A stretch of 64,000 nucleotides of DNA from Dehalococcoidia bacterium (GCA_022822855.1 JAJDYG010000019.1:36475-100474); one strand, 5' to 3'. Shown: positions 45,433-54,092, counted from the stretch's first letter. Made by a program: numbers and translations. The notes: generated from the letters alone by a model not told the origin.

Positions 45433-46386
45433 TCACAGCGACTCACGTAAGGCGTACCAGTTATATCTCCCCGCGTCCAGGGGCTGAGCAGTGACCTGCA
45501 CCATATCGTTCAGCAAGAGTCCAACAAAGATCGACCAGGGCTCACTAGATTCGAAATCTACTATGTGTCCTTGCGGCTCCGGTGTGAGTTCTATTCTAAC
45601 CAAGGAATGTTCCGGCATCTTGCTGTCTTTGGTTTCGTTAGCACTAACCAGTATGTTCTTCTTGCCTGCGCTATGATTGAGCGCGACCGCCAGATCTATA
45701 CGATCGCGGTGCCCCAGCCCATGCTGACGTACTAAGTGTTCATAGCTCAGCCGCAGGCTGAGAAAATCCGTAGCGTCGAAGGCTATCACAAAGAAAATCG
45801 ATTCCCAGTAGCGGCCGGCGCCAAGCGCTTCGCCAAAGGGCTTTGCGGTGGCGATGGGATGATAGGGATGCGGATCACGGTACGCAACGCGCGACAGTGA
45901 CTTGTAGCTCTCGCACTTGTCAAAGCAGTCTCGAAGCTGGCTCGCATGCAGCCTTGTCTTCACTTCTCCACATGCGTAGGTAGCCTCAACCGGGAATACT
46001 TCAGCTCCATCAGGCCCAGCCGCTGCCCGAATCCTTGGGCAGTTGAAGCGATCATAGAGAATGATGTCCATTTGCTTGGAAGTGCTTCCATAGGAATCTA
46101 CTACGAAGCCATGTGAGATACCGACCTTCTCAGGAGGCACGCTGCTGAGAGCTTCACGGATTCGGGATTCGATACTCTGACCAATCTCTCCCGGACTCGG
46201 AAGCTTGCGATCACCCTCAATGTCAGCGATCAAGCGCGTTTGCATGTCGTAAAGGGACTCTGCGAGTTGGCCACGCGTTGGTGCGGGTGCATTCCCGCCA
46301 TCGTTGGGAGCCCGCGTCGGTCGGGGATTTACGATTGGTAGGCTGCGTTCTTTCTGTCGCCTGCGATTCTCTTTCGACATTGCCAT
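45433..46386 (-). CDS. Uncharacterised PD-(D/E)xK nuclease-like protein (candidate restriction/defence endonuclease)
   Basis: GFVVDSYGSTSKQMDIILYD ... AEVFPVEATYACGEVKT gives a D-x(n)-E-x-K arrangement. It sits directly upstream of and co-oriented with the MTase gene, in an AT-richer segment. Confidence 0.35.
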   Translation of the reverse strand: MAMSKENRRRQKERSLPIVNPRPTRAPNDGGNAPAPTRGQLAESLYDMQTRLIADIEGDRKLPSPGEIGQSIESRIREALSSVPPEKVGISHGFVVDSYGSTSKQMDIILYDRFNCPRIRAAAGPDGAEVFPVEATYACGEVKTRLHASQLRDCFDKCESYKSLSRVAYRDPHPYHPIATAKPFGEALGAGRYWESIFFVIAFDATDFLSLRLSYEHLVRQHGLGHRDRIDLAVALNHSAGKKNILVSANETKDSKMPEHSLVRIELTPEPQGHIVDFESSEPWSIFVGLLLNDMVQVTAQPLDAGRYNWYALRESL

Positions 46387-46882
46387 CCTACTCACGATTC
46401 TCAGGACACCTTGACCACGCCCCATTGTCGTCAAGCAGGTTCCGCCAATCAAGGAATTGGCTGCAATCCACGCAGTGGCGCACCGGCCTAGGCGATGACA
46501 GGTGCGATATCCCCAATGGTGGTTTTGCGCCGCGCGATGTTGAAATCGTAGCCGCGCTGCAGGTTGAGCCTAAACGCCGGCGTCGTGTCCAGCGGCTGAA
46601 GTGCGGTCCCGATAGTGCGCTGTAAACTGAGTGGACAGCGATCAGGAAGAGATGCGCGATGCCGGACGAAGAGAGGGGCTTGACCGTCGGGCAGGCGGTG
46701 CGCGGCGACGGGCCGCCGATGGACCCGGAAGAGGCCCGCAAGCTCCGCGAGCGCGTCTCCGGGAGCTGGGAGAAGTACTTCCGCGAGTACCCGGCACTCG
46801 AGGAAGCCTACGGGCAGCACCGACGCCCCAGCTTCGAAAGCGGCTAGCCAATCACGGTATTCATCGACGGAGTGTTCAGGCC

Positions 46883-47125
46883 GTGGAGCGGATTTACTCC
46901 AAGGACACCGACACGCTGATGTTCGTCTTTTCCGACGAGCGCATCGTTGACCATGTCGATCTCGACTACCAGACGCTGCTCGAGCTGGACTGCGACGGCA
47001 ACCCGGTCGCATTGACCATCGAGCACGCCCGCGAACGCGAGGTCTTGCGGCCTCCTGATGCCGGCGGGCTGCCTAATGCTACGACCGCACCGACCTCTGT
47101 ACGTGCTCGCGGAGCGCCTGGTTGA
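46883..47125 (+). CDS. DUF2283-like small protein
   Basis: RIYSKDTDTLMFVFSDERIVDHVDLDYQTLLELDCDGNPVALTIEHARER resembles the DUF2283 pattern (Y D.EAD.L.I.L ... D.D.dG.lvGIEI). Putative GTG start; the long upstream in-frame extension looks non-coding. Confidence 0.3.
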   Translation: MERIYSKDTDTLMFVFSDERIVDHVDLDYQTLLELDCDGNPVALTIEHAREREVLRPPDAGGLPNATTAPTSVRARGAPG

Positions 47126-47363
47126 TCTTGGTCTGATAGCCCCGACCCTCCTGCGCCTGCGCCTTGAACCAGGCGATCACGTCGGCATCGATTCTGAGCG
47201 TGATCTGTTGCTTGACCGGCCGGTAGAACTTGCCTCGCACGGCGCCCGTCCAGTCAGTCGTTTCCGGAATGTCACTGAAGTCGATCTGGTCATCCGGGAG
47301 AGCTTCCAAGGCCCTAATCTGAGCCTGCGACTCGGGCGACAGATCACTCATTTCCTTCTTCAT
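47079..47363 (-). CDS. brnA: BrnA antitoxin (CopG/RHH-like)
   Basis: SDIPETTDW ... ITLRIDADVIAWFKAQAQEGRGYQTKINQALREHV is the BrnA family pattern. Overlaps the brnT 3' end. Confidence 0.55.
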   Translation of the reverse strand: MKKEMSDLSPESQAQIRALEALPDDQIDFSDIPETTDWTGAVRGKFYRPVKQQITLRIDADVIAWFKAQAQEGRGYQTKINQALREHVQRSVRS

Positions 47364-47634
47364 ACTCCCGCCTCTCTGACCTCGACGCCTTTCGTGCCGA
47401 GATGACTCGCGCGCTCAGTTCTGGCCCCATGGGCGTTTCCTCAAACCAGGTGTGAATCACCACAATGACCTGGGACGCAACCATGCCGATTGTCCGCCAG
47501 CGTTGCTCCTGCCGATAATGATCCTCGACCGTGATCGACATCGGATCGTCGAAGACTGCGACCGCAGTTGGAAAATCGATGTCGTGCTTGCGAAGGTTGG
47601 CAACGTTCTTCGCGGGATCCCAGGTCCATCTCAA
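47344..47634 (-). CDS. brnT: BrnT toxin (DUF497 ribonuclease)
   Basis: WTWDPAKNVANLRKHDIDFPTAVAVFDDP ... RVISARKASRSERREYEEG matches the BrnT/DUF497 consensus. Start appears to be TTG. Confidence 0.6.
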   Translation of the reverse strand: MRWTWDPAKNVANLRKHDIDFPTAVAVFDDPMSITVEDHYRQEQRWRTIGMVASQVIVVIHTWFEETPMGPELSARVISARKASRSERREYEEGNE

Positions 47635-47733
47635 TCCCTCCGGCTCCTTCCGTCACTACGACAGTGTAACTACCCCGCCCATCGTGAGCATGCAGGATGA
47701 GAGAGCCTCTGTCGCCAGACTCGGTCCTGCCTA

Positions 47734-47982
47734 CTACCCAGCCCGGGCGAGTAGGGCGCCGAGGATGGCGAGGATTGAGGCGTATCCGACGGCAATGCCC
47801 CAGGTCAGGAGTCGGAAGCGGGCGTTGACTTCCTGTCTCAGATCGTTGAACCGCGCGTTCACGTCTTTGCGCATGTCGTCGATCCGCGCGTTGCCGTCGT
47901 CGATGCGCTGATTCGTAATGGTTAGCGCGTCGCGGATCCCCGATGGATCACTCGGCTCGCCTGGGTGCTCGCTCGTGACCAC
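47734..47982 (-). CDS. Small (82 aa) coiled-coil/single-TM protein, XhlA-like architecture; paralog of 43474-43644
   Basis: Internal repeats RIDDGNARIDDMRKDVNARFNDLRQEVNARF followed by TM segment LLTWGIAVGYASILAILGALLARAG. Confidence 0.3.
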   Translation of the reverse strand: MVTSEHPGEPSDPSGIRDALTITNQRIDDGNARIDDMRKDVNARFNDLRQEVNARFRLLTWGIAVGYASILAILGALLARAG

Positions 47983-48108
47983 GCCATTGCCTCCGACCCT
48001 CGCGCCCGCTGTAGTGCATTCTTATCAGTTGGATAACACCAACACGGGGGTCATGCGCTCCCCTTTGCCTACCGAGGATCCACTCGGCCCTGCGTTGAGG
48101 CAGCGGCG

Positions 48109-48250
48109 CCGAGCGGGTCCCCGAACAAGTCGGGGACTGGGAGGCGAGCCGGTCTCCGAACGAGTCGGGGAACGGGAGCCGAGCGGGTCCCCGAACGGGT
48201 CAGGGAACAGGTGCCGAGCGGGTCCCCGAACGGGTCGGGGAGTGGGAGCC
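48109..48250. repeat. Four tandem copies of a ~35-bp unit, each a small hairpin (gtccccgaacRRgtcgggga)
   Basis: gagcgggtccccgaacgggtcggggaacgggagcc with minor variants, repeated head-to-tail four times. Confidence 0.6.
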
Positions 48251-48288
48251 GGGCGGACGCCCGCGTGAAGCGGGGAGCGGCCCCCTCC

Positions 48289-48323
48289 GTCGCATCGCGA
48301 CACCTCCCCCAAAGGGGGAGGTC
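48289..48323. repeat. Family B structured repeat (short form)
   Basis: ccccctccgtcgcatcgcgacacctcccccaaagggggag. Confidence 0.5.
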
Positions 48324-48369
48324 TTGGGATCCTCGTGTATCCTGAGCGCTGAGGCTGAATGGAGTTGGG

Positions 48370-49077
48370 ATGGTTTCTCGGACGATTGACACTGGCGGGG
48401 CTCCGATCCCTCTGCTGGACCCGGTGACGGATGTGGAGGCCGAGCTTCGCTCTCAGCTTCTCGTCTCGACCGTGGACAAGGTGTTCGGCTGGGCGCGGCG
48501 GTCGTCTCTCTGGCCGGCGATGTTCGGGCTGGCCTGCTGCGCGATCGAGATGATTGCGACGGCCAACGCCCGCTACGACCTGGCCCGCTTCGGGGCCGAG
48601 GTCTTCCGCGCGTCGCCGCGGCAGGCCGACCTGATGATCGTGGCCGGCACGGTGACCTGGAAGATGGCGCCGCCGGTTCGGCGCATCTACCTGCAGATGG
48701 CCGAGCCCAAGTGGGTGATCTCGATGGGCTCCTGCTCGAACATCGGCGGACCCTTCGCTCACGGCTACTCGACGCTGCCGGGCGTCAACAACGTGGTCCC
48801 GGTCGACGTCTACGTGCCCGGCTGCCCGCCGCGTCCCGAGTCGCTGCTGGCCGGTCTGATGCTGCTGCAGCAGGTGATCGACGACGAGCACGCGCACAAC
48901 GGTCGCAAGCGGCGTCCGGAGCCGACCGGCGACTTCTCGAAGATGCTGCCCGAGGGCGACCCGATCCGGGCGGAGCTCGAATCGCTGTTCCCGCCGTACC
49001 TGACCGCCGACGGTCAGCCGCGCGACCGCTTCACCGGCGCGCTGCCGCACGACGAGAACTACTTCGCCAGCCGCTAA
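48370..49077 (+). CDS. nuoB: NADH-quinone oxidoreductase subunit B (NuoB/Nqo6-like) with C-terminal extension
   Basis: GLACCAIEM (CCxxE) ... [11 protein letters not shown] ... VPGCPPRPE are the four N2-cluster Cys contexts. ~60-aa C-terminal tail. Confidence 0.7.
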   Translation: MVSRTIDTGGAPIPLLDPVTDVEAELRSQLLVSTVDKVFGWARRSSLWPAMFGLACCAIEMIATANARYDLARFGAEVFRASPRQADLMIVAGTVTWKMAPPVRRIYLQMAEPKWVISMGSCSNIGGPFAHGYSTLPGVNNVVPVDVYVPGCPPRPESLLAGLMLLQQVIDDEHAHNGRKRRPEPTGDFSKMLPEGDPIRAELESLFPPYLTADGQPRDRFTGALPHDENYFASR

Positions 49078-49128
49078 ACGTTTGAGCGGGCGAAGCCGCT
49101 AGACTTCGAGCGCTAGAGGGACAGAGAC

Positions 49129-49614
49129 ATGGTCTTCGGCAAGGGCATCGCCAAGGGATTGATGACTGTCGTCAAGCACGTGCGCCGCGAGCCGGTCACG
49201 GTCCAGTTCCCCGAAGAAGAACGCGACATCCCGCCGCGCGCGCGTACCAACCTGGTCTGGTTCGTCGAGCGCTGCACCGGTTGCTCGACCTGCGCCCAGA
49301 GCTGCCCCGACGGCTGCATCCTGGTCGACACCGAGCCGCGCGAAGACGGCTCGTTCCTGGTCAACCGCTACGAGATCGATTTCCGGCTCTGCATGTACTG
49401 CGGTCTCTGCACCGAGGCCTGTCCTTATGAGGCAATCCAGGTCGGCGGGTCGTACACCAACGTGGTCACGAACCCGAACAACCTCTACAAGGACAAGGAA
49501 GACCTGATCGAGCTGGCCAACGAGTACCTCGAGCAGCACGACTGGGTCTACCCGAACGGCCAGCAGGCGGTCCAGCAAACGGTCCACCCGACCGAGCGTC
49601 GGCAGCATCACTAG
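49129..49614 (+). CDS. nuoI: NADH-quinone oxidoreductase subunit I (NuoI, 2x[4Fe-4S] ferredoxin)
   Basis: CTGCSTCAQSCP and CMYCGLCTEACP ferredoxin motifs with NuoI-type spacing and N-terminus. Confidence 0.7.
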   Translation: MVFGKGIAKGLMTVVKHVRREPVTVQFPEEERDIPPRARTNLVWFVERCTGCSTCAQSCPDGCILVDTEPREDGSFLVNRYEIDFRLCMYCGLCTEACPYEAIQVGGSYTNVVTNPNNLYKDKEDLIELANEYLEQHDWVYPNGQQAVQQTVHPTERRQHH

Positions 49615-49638
49615 CCGTCTTGTTCCGGGTCGCCGCCG

Positions 49639-51312
49639 CTAGCACCTGGTCCGGGTGAGGCGGAGTTCAATCTCCAGGTCAACCTGCTCGACAACCAGAA
49701 GGTTGGCGTCCTCGTCCTCCTCGGGCGCAGGCTCGGACTCCGCAGGGTCCGTGCGGCACCCATCCACAGCGAGTTCGACGAGATACTCGCCCGGCGGAGC
49801 GTACAGCCGGAAGCTGCCATCCGGCCAGGAAGCGGCACGCGCCGCCAGTTCTCCGGTCGAGGCCCGCCGCAGCTGAACCTGATAGTCGTGAATCGATTTG
49901 CCGTCCGCATCGACGGCCAACCCGGTGAGGAGCTGTCGCAGCGCGGCGCCCTGACTTCTGGAGTCGGCTCGCTGGCAGGTGGCGTGGAGCTCGAACTCGC
50001 CCAGGGTCTCGGCGACCAACCCGGCCAGGTCGGGCGCGTAGTGCGTCAGGTCGAGCCGATTGTTCTTGTGCGGGTAGAACCGGCCGACCAACCCGAACCA
50101 GGACTGGACGCCGGTGGCCCAGTACTCGGCCGTGTTTCGACCCGCGTGCGTCCCGTCCCAGGGACCCGAGGACGCGCCTGATCGGTAGGCCGAGGCCAGG
50201 GATCTGCTGAATCCACCGCTGTTGATGCCGCTGCGGATCGCGAAGTCGATCGCGTGGGCGAACTCATGCACCGCCACGTCGTGGCCCAGGTAGGGGTCAT
50301 CCTGGTCGCAGAGCAGGTTCTCTTCGGGAATCAGCGTCGGCGTCAGCCTGTTTGGCCCCAGTCCACGGGGGCCCTCGGGACCGAAGGCCTCCAGTTCGAT
50401 TCGATCCCGGTACTGCCGATAGGGGGTCAGGTCGAAGGTGTCTTCGGTGCGGCCGACGACCACGATGTGGACTCGGTGGCGGATCAGGGTGTCGCGGATG
50501 TCGGGCCGATTGACCAGCATCTCGTCGAAGATTGCGGCGGCGCGGAAGAGCGCCTCGTCGGTGACGTTCTCGGTTGCGATGACGGCGATGCCGTCGGCAT
50601 CGAGGTACTTGTCGAACGAGGCGTACCAGCGGACGTGATCGGGCGGCGGTCCAAGCGGATAGAGGGCGCGTTCGCCGCTGGGCTGCAACCAGTTCGATGG
50701 CGATGAGTTGAAGACCCAGAGGCCATCGCCCCGCTGCAACTGATGCTGAGGTCCGGCCTCCAGTCGTGAACCGGTCTGATAGACCGCAAGTTCACTGCTC
50801 TGCGCGCTTGAGTAGAGGGCGTGAGTGAAGGAACCGCCGATCGAACGGAGCGCCAGATCGATGGGCGTGCCGCTCGGGCCGGTCCAGGCGACGAGGTTTG
50901 CGCCGGCTCTCAGCGCGACCCACTCGCCATCGGCGACGGTGGGTTGACTCCACTCGACCGGTTCGTCGCCTGCGATCCGCACGACGAGACCCATGCCCGG
51001 CCTGACGGTCTGAAGCGAGGACTGCAAGTTGCGAGCGGCAAAGTGGTATCGGCTCGACTCAGCGTCCCAGGTGTAGATCAGTTCCGCCTGCGGGATCTGG
51101 TCGAACAAGTCCTGGGTTGGCGCGGCGTAGCCGACCCAGCCGATCAGGTTGTCTCCGGGATGCAGGATTCGCAGATTTGGAAAGTCCTGCTCGCCTGCCG
51201 CCAGCGCCTCGGTCAGCCACAAGGCGAGCGACAGGACGCAGGTCACGGCGATCAGCCGGGAGACCGCTCGTCGTCGGCCGTTCTGCCAAAATACGCTCTC
51301 TGTGTCTCGCAT
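49639..51312 (-). CDS. Secreted/membrane-anchored HExxH zinc metallopeptidase-like protein (possibly ATLF-like)
   Basis: N-terminal hydrophobic anchor AVSRLIAVTCVLSLALWL, an HEFAHAID zinc-binding motif, and an acidic C-terminal region. Confidence 0.4.
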   Translation of the reverse strand: MRDTESVFWQNGRRRAVSRLIAVTCVLSLALWLTEALAAGEQDFPNLRILHPGDNLIGWVGYAAPTQDLFDQIPQAELIYTWDAESSRYHFAARNLQSSLQTVRPGMGLVVRIAGDEPVEWSQPTVADGEWVALRAGANLVAWTGPSGTPIDLALRSIGGSFTHALYSSAQSSELAVYQTGSRLEAGPQHQLQRGDGLWVFNSSPSNWLQPSGERALYPLGPPPDHVRWYASFDKYLDADGIAVIATENVTDEALFRAAAIFDEMLVNRPDIRDTLIRHRVHIVVVGRTEDTFDLTPYRQYRDRIELEAFGPEGPRGLGPNRLTPTLIPEENLLCDQDDPYLGHDVAVHEFAHAIDFAIRSGINSGGFSRSLASAYRSGASSGPWDGTHAGRNTAEYWATGVQSWFGLVGRFYPHKNNRLDLTHYAPDLAGLVAETLGEFELHATCQRADSRSQGAALRQLLTGLAVDADGKSIHDYQVQLRRASTGELAARAASWPDGSFRLYAPPGEYLVELAVDGCRTDPAESEPAPEEDEDANLLVVEQVDLEIELRLTRTRC

Positions 51313-51411
51313 GGTCCTCGCGGCCTGTTCGCCTGGTCGATGCCTCTACGAAATTCTAAGCGGCTGGTAGACTGAGCCACGATTCTGCGCGTCTGCGACC
51401 GGGGAGGCCTT

Positions 51412-54036
51412 ATGGCGACGATCACGATCAATGGACAGGCGGTTGAGGCCGAGGTTGGCGCTCCGCTGGTCGAGGTCATCAAGAACGCCGGTTTCGCGAT
51501 CTCCAACCTCTGCTACCTGGACGGGCTACCCCCGTATGCGGGCTGCCGAACCTGCGCCGTCGAAGTCGAAGGCATGCGTGGACTGCCGTTGTCCTGCACG
51601 ACCAATGTGATGGACGGCATGGTCGTGCGCACCGACACGCCCGAAGTGACCGAGATGCGCCAGGAAGTCCTGGCGGTGATCCTGGCCAACCACTCCGACC
51701 GCTGCCTGACCTGTCACCGAATCGAACACTGCCGAACGGGAGAAATCTGCCTGCGCGACAACGAGGTCACGCATCGCTGCGTGACCTGCTCCAAGAACTA
51801 CCGCTGCGAACTGCAAACCACCTGCGACGCCGCCGATGTCGGCCGCGCCAATGTCGAGCCGTACATCGACGAGGCTCGCACCTACTACCGCCACTCTCAG
51901 CCCGAGCCGGACCGAGCGAATCCATTCTTTGAGTTCGATCCGCAGATGTGCATCATCTGCACGCGCTGTGTCCGCGCCTGCGACGATCTGCGCCACACGA
52001 CGGCGATCACGCTGGCCGGTCGCGGGTTCTCAACCAGGATCGCGTTCGGAGCCGGCGGCCGGATCGATGAGTCCAACTGCGACTTCTGCGGCTCCTGCGT
52101 GGATGTCTGCCCAACGGCGACGCTGATGGAAGCGCCGAACAAGTGGGTCGCGCGACCCGACCGCTGGGTGACGACGACCTGCACCGAGTGCTCGATGGGC
52201 TGCACGATCCAGATGGGCGTGCGCGACGGTCGCGGCATCCAGGTCCGACCGGGCAACGGTAACGATGTGTCCCGCTCGCAGATCTGCGTGCGCGGCCGCT
52301 TTGGCTACGACCAGACCCGAGACAAGGACCGGCTGCGCGCCGCTTGGATCGGGCGCGGCGAGGACGCCTTCGAGCAGGACGGCGACGCGGTGCTTGAGCA
52401 TGCCGCGGAGGCAGTGTCGGCGATTCTCGCCGAGCACGGTCCGTCGGCGGTTGGGATCCTCGGCTCCGGCCAGATGATGCTGGAGGAGCTGTACGCGCTG
52501 AAGACGCTGGCCGCTCGGCTCGGCGTCACGAACCTCGACTCTTCACTTGGGCCGGTGACCGCCGCGATCGGCGACGCGCTGACTGACGCGTTCGGCTCCG
52601 AGCACCTGCCCTCGCGCTTGACCTCGGTGGAATCGGCGGACCTGATCATTGCGATCGGCGACGACATCTCGGCGTCGAACAACGTGCTTGGCGTGCGGAT
52701 CAAGGACGCCGTCGCCAACAACGGCGCCTCGATGGTCAGCATTTCTTCGCGACGCAACCCGCTCGCCGACTACGCGGTTGACGAAGCGCACGCGATTCAC
52801 CCGCCCAACGGCGACCTCGCTGCAGTGGCGCAAGCCCTGGCGACCAATGTCGTCAAGGATCTCGACGTTCGGACCGGACTGTCGGATGTCGAGGGGCTCT
52901 CGGACGTGACCGGCAATGCAGAGGGCATTGCCCCGGCGACATCGACGATTCTGCGACGACGCGGCGGCTCGGTGGCCATCGTCGTTGCTCCGTCCCGCTC
53001 CAACTCGACCCAGGCGGGCGCGCAGGTTCGCGCTGCCGCCAACCTGGCCATCGCTCTGGCCGGACCGGCGGACGCTCCGGCCGCGCTGCATGTCCTGCCC
53101 CCGGAGTCCAACTCGGTCGGCCTGCGCGACCTCGGCGTGGTTCCCGGCGATGGCGGGCTGGGCGTCACGGAGATGCTTGAAGCGGCCCGCAGCGGCAGCC
53201 TCAAGGCGCTGATCGTCGCCCGCGACAACCCGGTGCTCCTGCATCCCGATCGCGCCTCGACACTGTCGGCGCTCGACGCGCTCGACGCGCTTGTGGTGAT
53301 CGACGAAGTCGCGACGGAAACCGTGCAACACGCGACCCATGTGCTCCCTGACGTCTCCGCCTTCAGCAAGGACGGACACACGACCAACGCCGACCGCCAG
53401 ATTCTGCGGCTGCGCACAGCGACCGATGAACAGCGCAACGCCCGCCCACTCGGGCGTTGGCTGCGCGACATCGCCAAGCATCTCCCGGCCGTCGACACGC
53501 CGACAACCGACGAGAACGGCGAACCGGGCGAGCCGATTCCGGCTCCGGCCCAGCCGCAGGATGTGCGCGAGGCCCGCTCGGCGCTGGCCGCCCTGGACAG
53601 CCGTTATGCCGCACTCGCCGAGCCCGGCCCGAACCAGACTCGGATGCCGATCAACGGCGCGGCGACCCAGCGCTTCCTCAGCGTGCCTGAGAGCGGCGCA
53701 ACCAACGGCGACGGCTCGCTGACCCTGCTCGTCGGACGTGACCTGTACACCGACCGTCTGACCGCTGCGCGCGGCGATCAGAACGCCGACCTGTTGCAGC
53801 GCTCCGAGGGCGTTCAGATCAATCCGGCGGACGCTGCGTCCAATGGATTCGAGGACGGCCAGAACCTGCGTCTGGCGGCGAACGACGCGCAGATCACTCT
53901 GCCGGCCGAGGTCACGGAAGACGTGCCGGCGGGCGCGATCTGGGCCTCGGCGCTCCACAATGGCGGCGCAATCCAGGCGCTGCAGTCAGCCGGCGCCGAG
54001 CGGATTGCGTCGGTCCAGGTCAGCGCCGCCGACTAG
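51412..54036 (+). CDS. nuoG: NADH-quinone oxidoreductase subunit G-like (NuoG; 2Fe-2S, 4Fe-4S and molybdopterin-oxidoreductase-like domains)
   Basis: CYLDGLPPYAGCRTCAVEV (2Fe-2S), CxxCxxxC / CxxCxxC clusters, a long C-terminal MopB-like region, and the typical ITINGQ N-terminus. Confidence 0.6.
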   Translation: MATITINGQAVEAEVGAPLVEVIKNAGFAISNLCYLDGLPPYAGCRTCAVEVEGMRGLPLSCTTNVMDGMVVRTDTPEVTEMRQEVLAVILANHSDRCLTCHRIEHCRTGEICLRDNEVTHRCVTCSKNYRCELQTTCDAADVGRANVEPYIDEARTYYRHSQPEPDRANPFFEFDPQMCIICTRCVRACDDLRHTTAITLAGRGFSTRIAFGAGGRIDESNCDFCGSCVDVCPTATLMEAPNKWVARPDRWVTTTCTECSMGCTIQMGVRDGRGIQVRPGNGNDVSRSQICVRGRFGYDQTRDKDRLRAAWIGRGEDAFEQDGDAVLEHAAEAVSAILAEHGPSAVGILGSGQMMLEELYALKTLAARLGVTNLDSSLGPVTAAIGDALTDAFGSEHLPSRLTSVESADLIIAIGDDISASNNVLGVRIKDAVANNGASMVSISSRRNPLADYAVDEAHAIHPPNGDLAAVAQALATNVVKDLDVRTGLSDVEGLSDVTGNAEGIAPATSTILRRRGGSVAIVVAPSRSNSTQAGAQVRAAANLAIALAGPADAPAALHVLPPESNSVGLRDLGVVPGDGGLGVTEMLEAARSGSLKALIVARDNPVLLHPDRASTLSALDALDALVVIDEVATETVQHATHVLPDVSAFSKDGHTTNADRQILRLRTATDEQRNARPLGRWLRDIAKHLPAVDTPTTDENGEPGEPIPAPAQPQDVREARSALAALDSRYAALAEPGPNQTRMPINGAATQRFLSVPESGATNGDGSLTLLVGRDLYTDRLTAARGDQNADLLQRSEGVQINPADAASNGFEDGQNLRLAANDAQITLPAEVTEDVPAGAIWASALHNGGAIQALQSAGAERIASVQVSAAD

Positions 54037-54061
54037 GGCGTGTTCACACTAGTCCGATTCC

Positions 54062-54092
54062 GCGTCGCCCCGTGCTTGACACGGGGCGACGA
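54062..54092. repeat. Partial family D hairpin (ccccgtgcttgacacgggg) downstream of nuoG
   Basis: Same palindrome as in the 33812, 33958 and 34795 copies. Confidence 0.45.

Noticed and set aside
48109-48250. Possible CRISPR array
   Set aside because: The repeats are directly abutting with no unique spacers, and no cas genes are nearby.
48025-49050. 341-aa minus-strand ORF covering the repeat array and antisense to nuoB
   Set aside because: Arg/Pro/Gly-rich low-complexity translation typical of an out-of-frame high-GC sequence. The opposite strand encodes a clearly recognisable NuoB.
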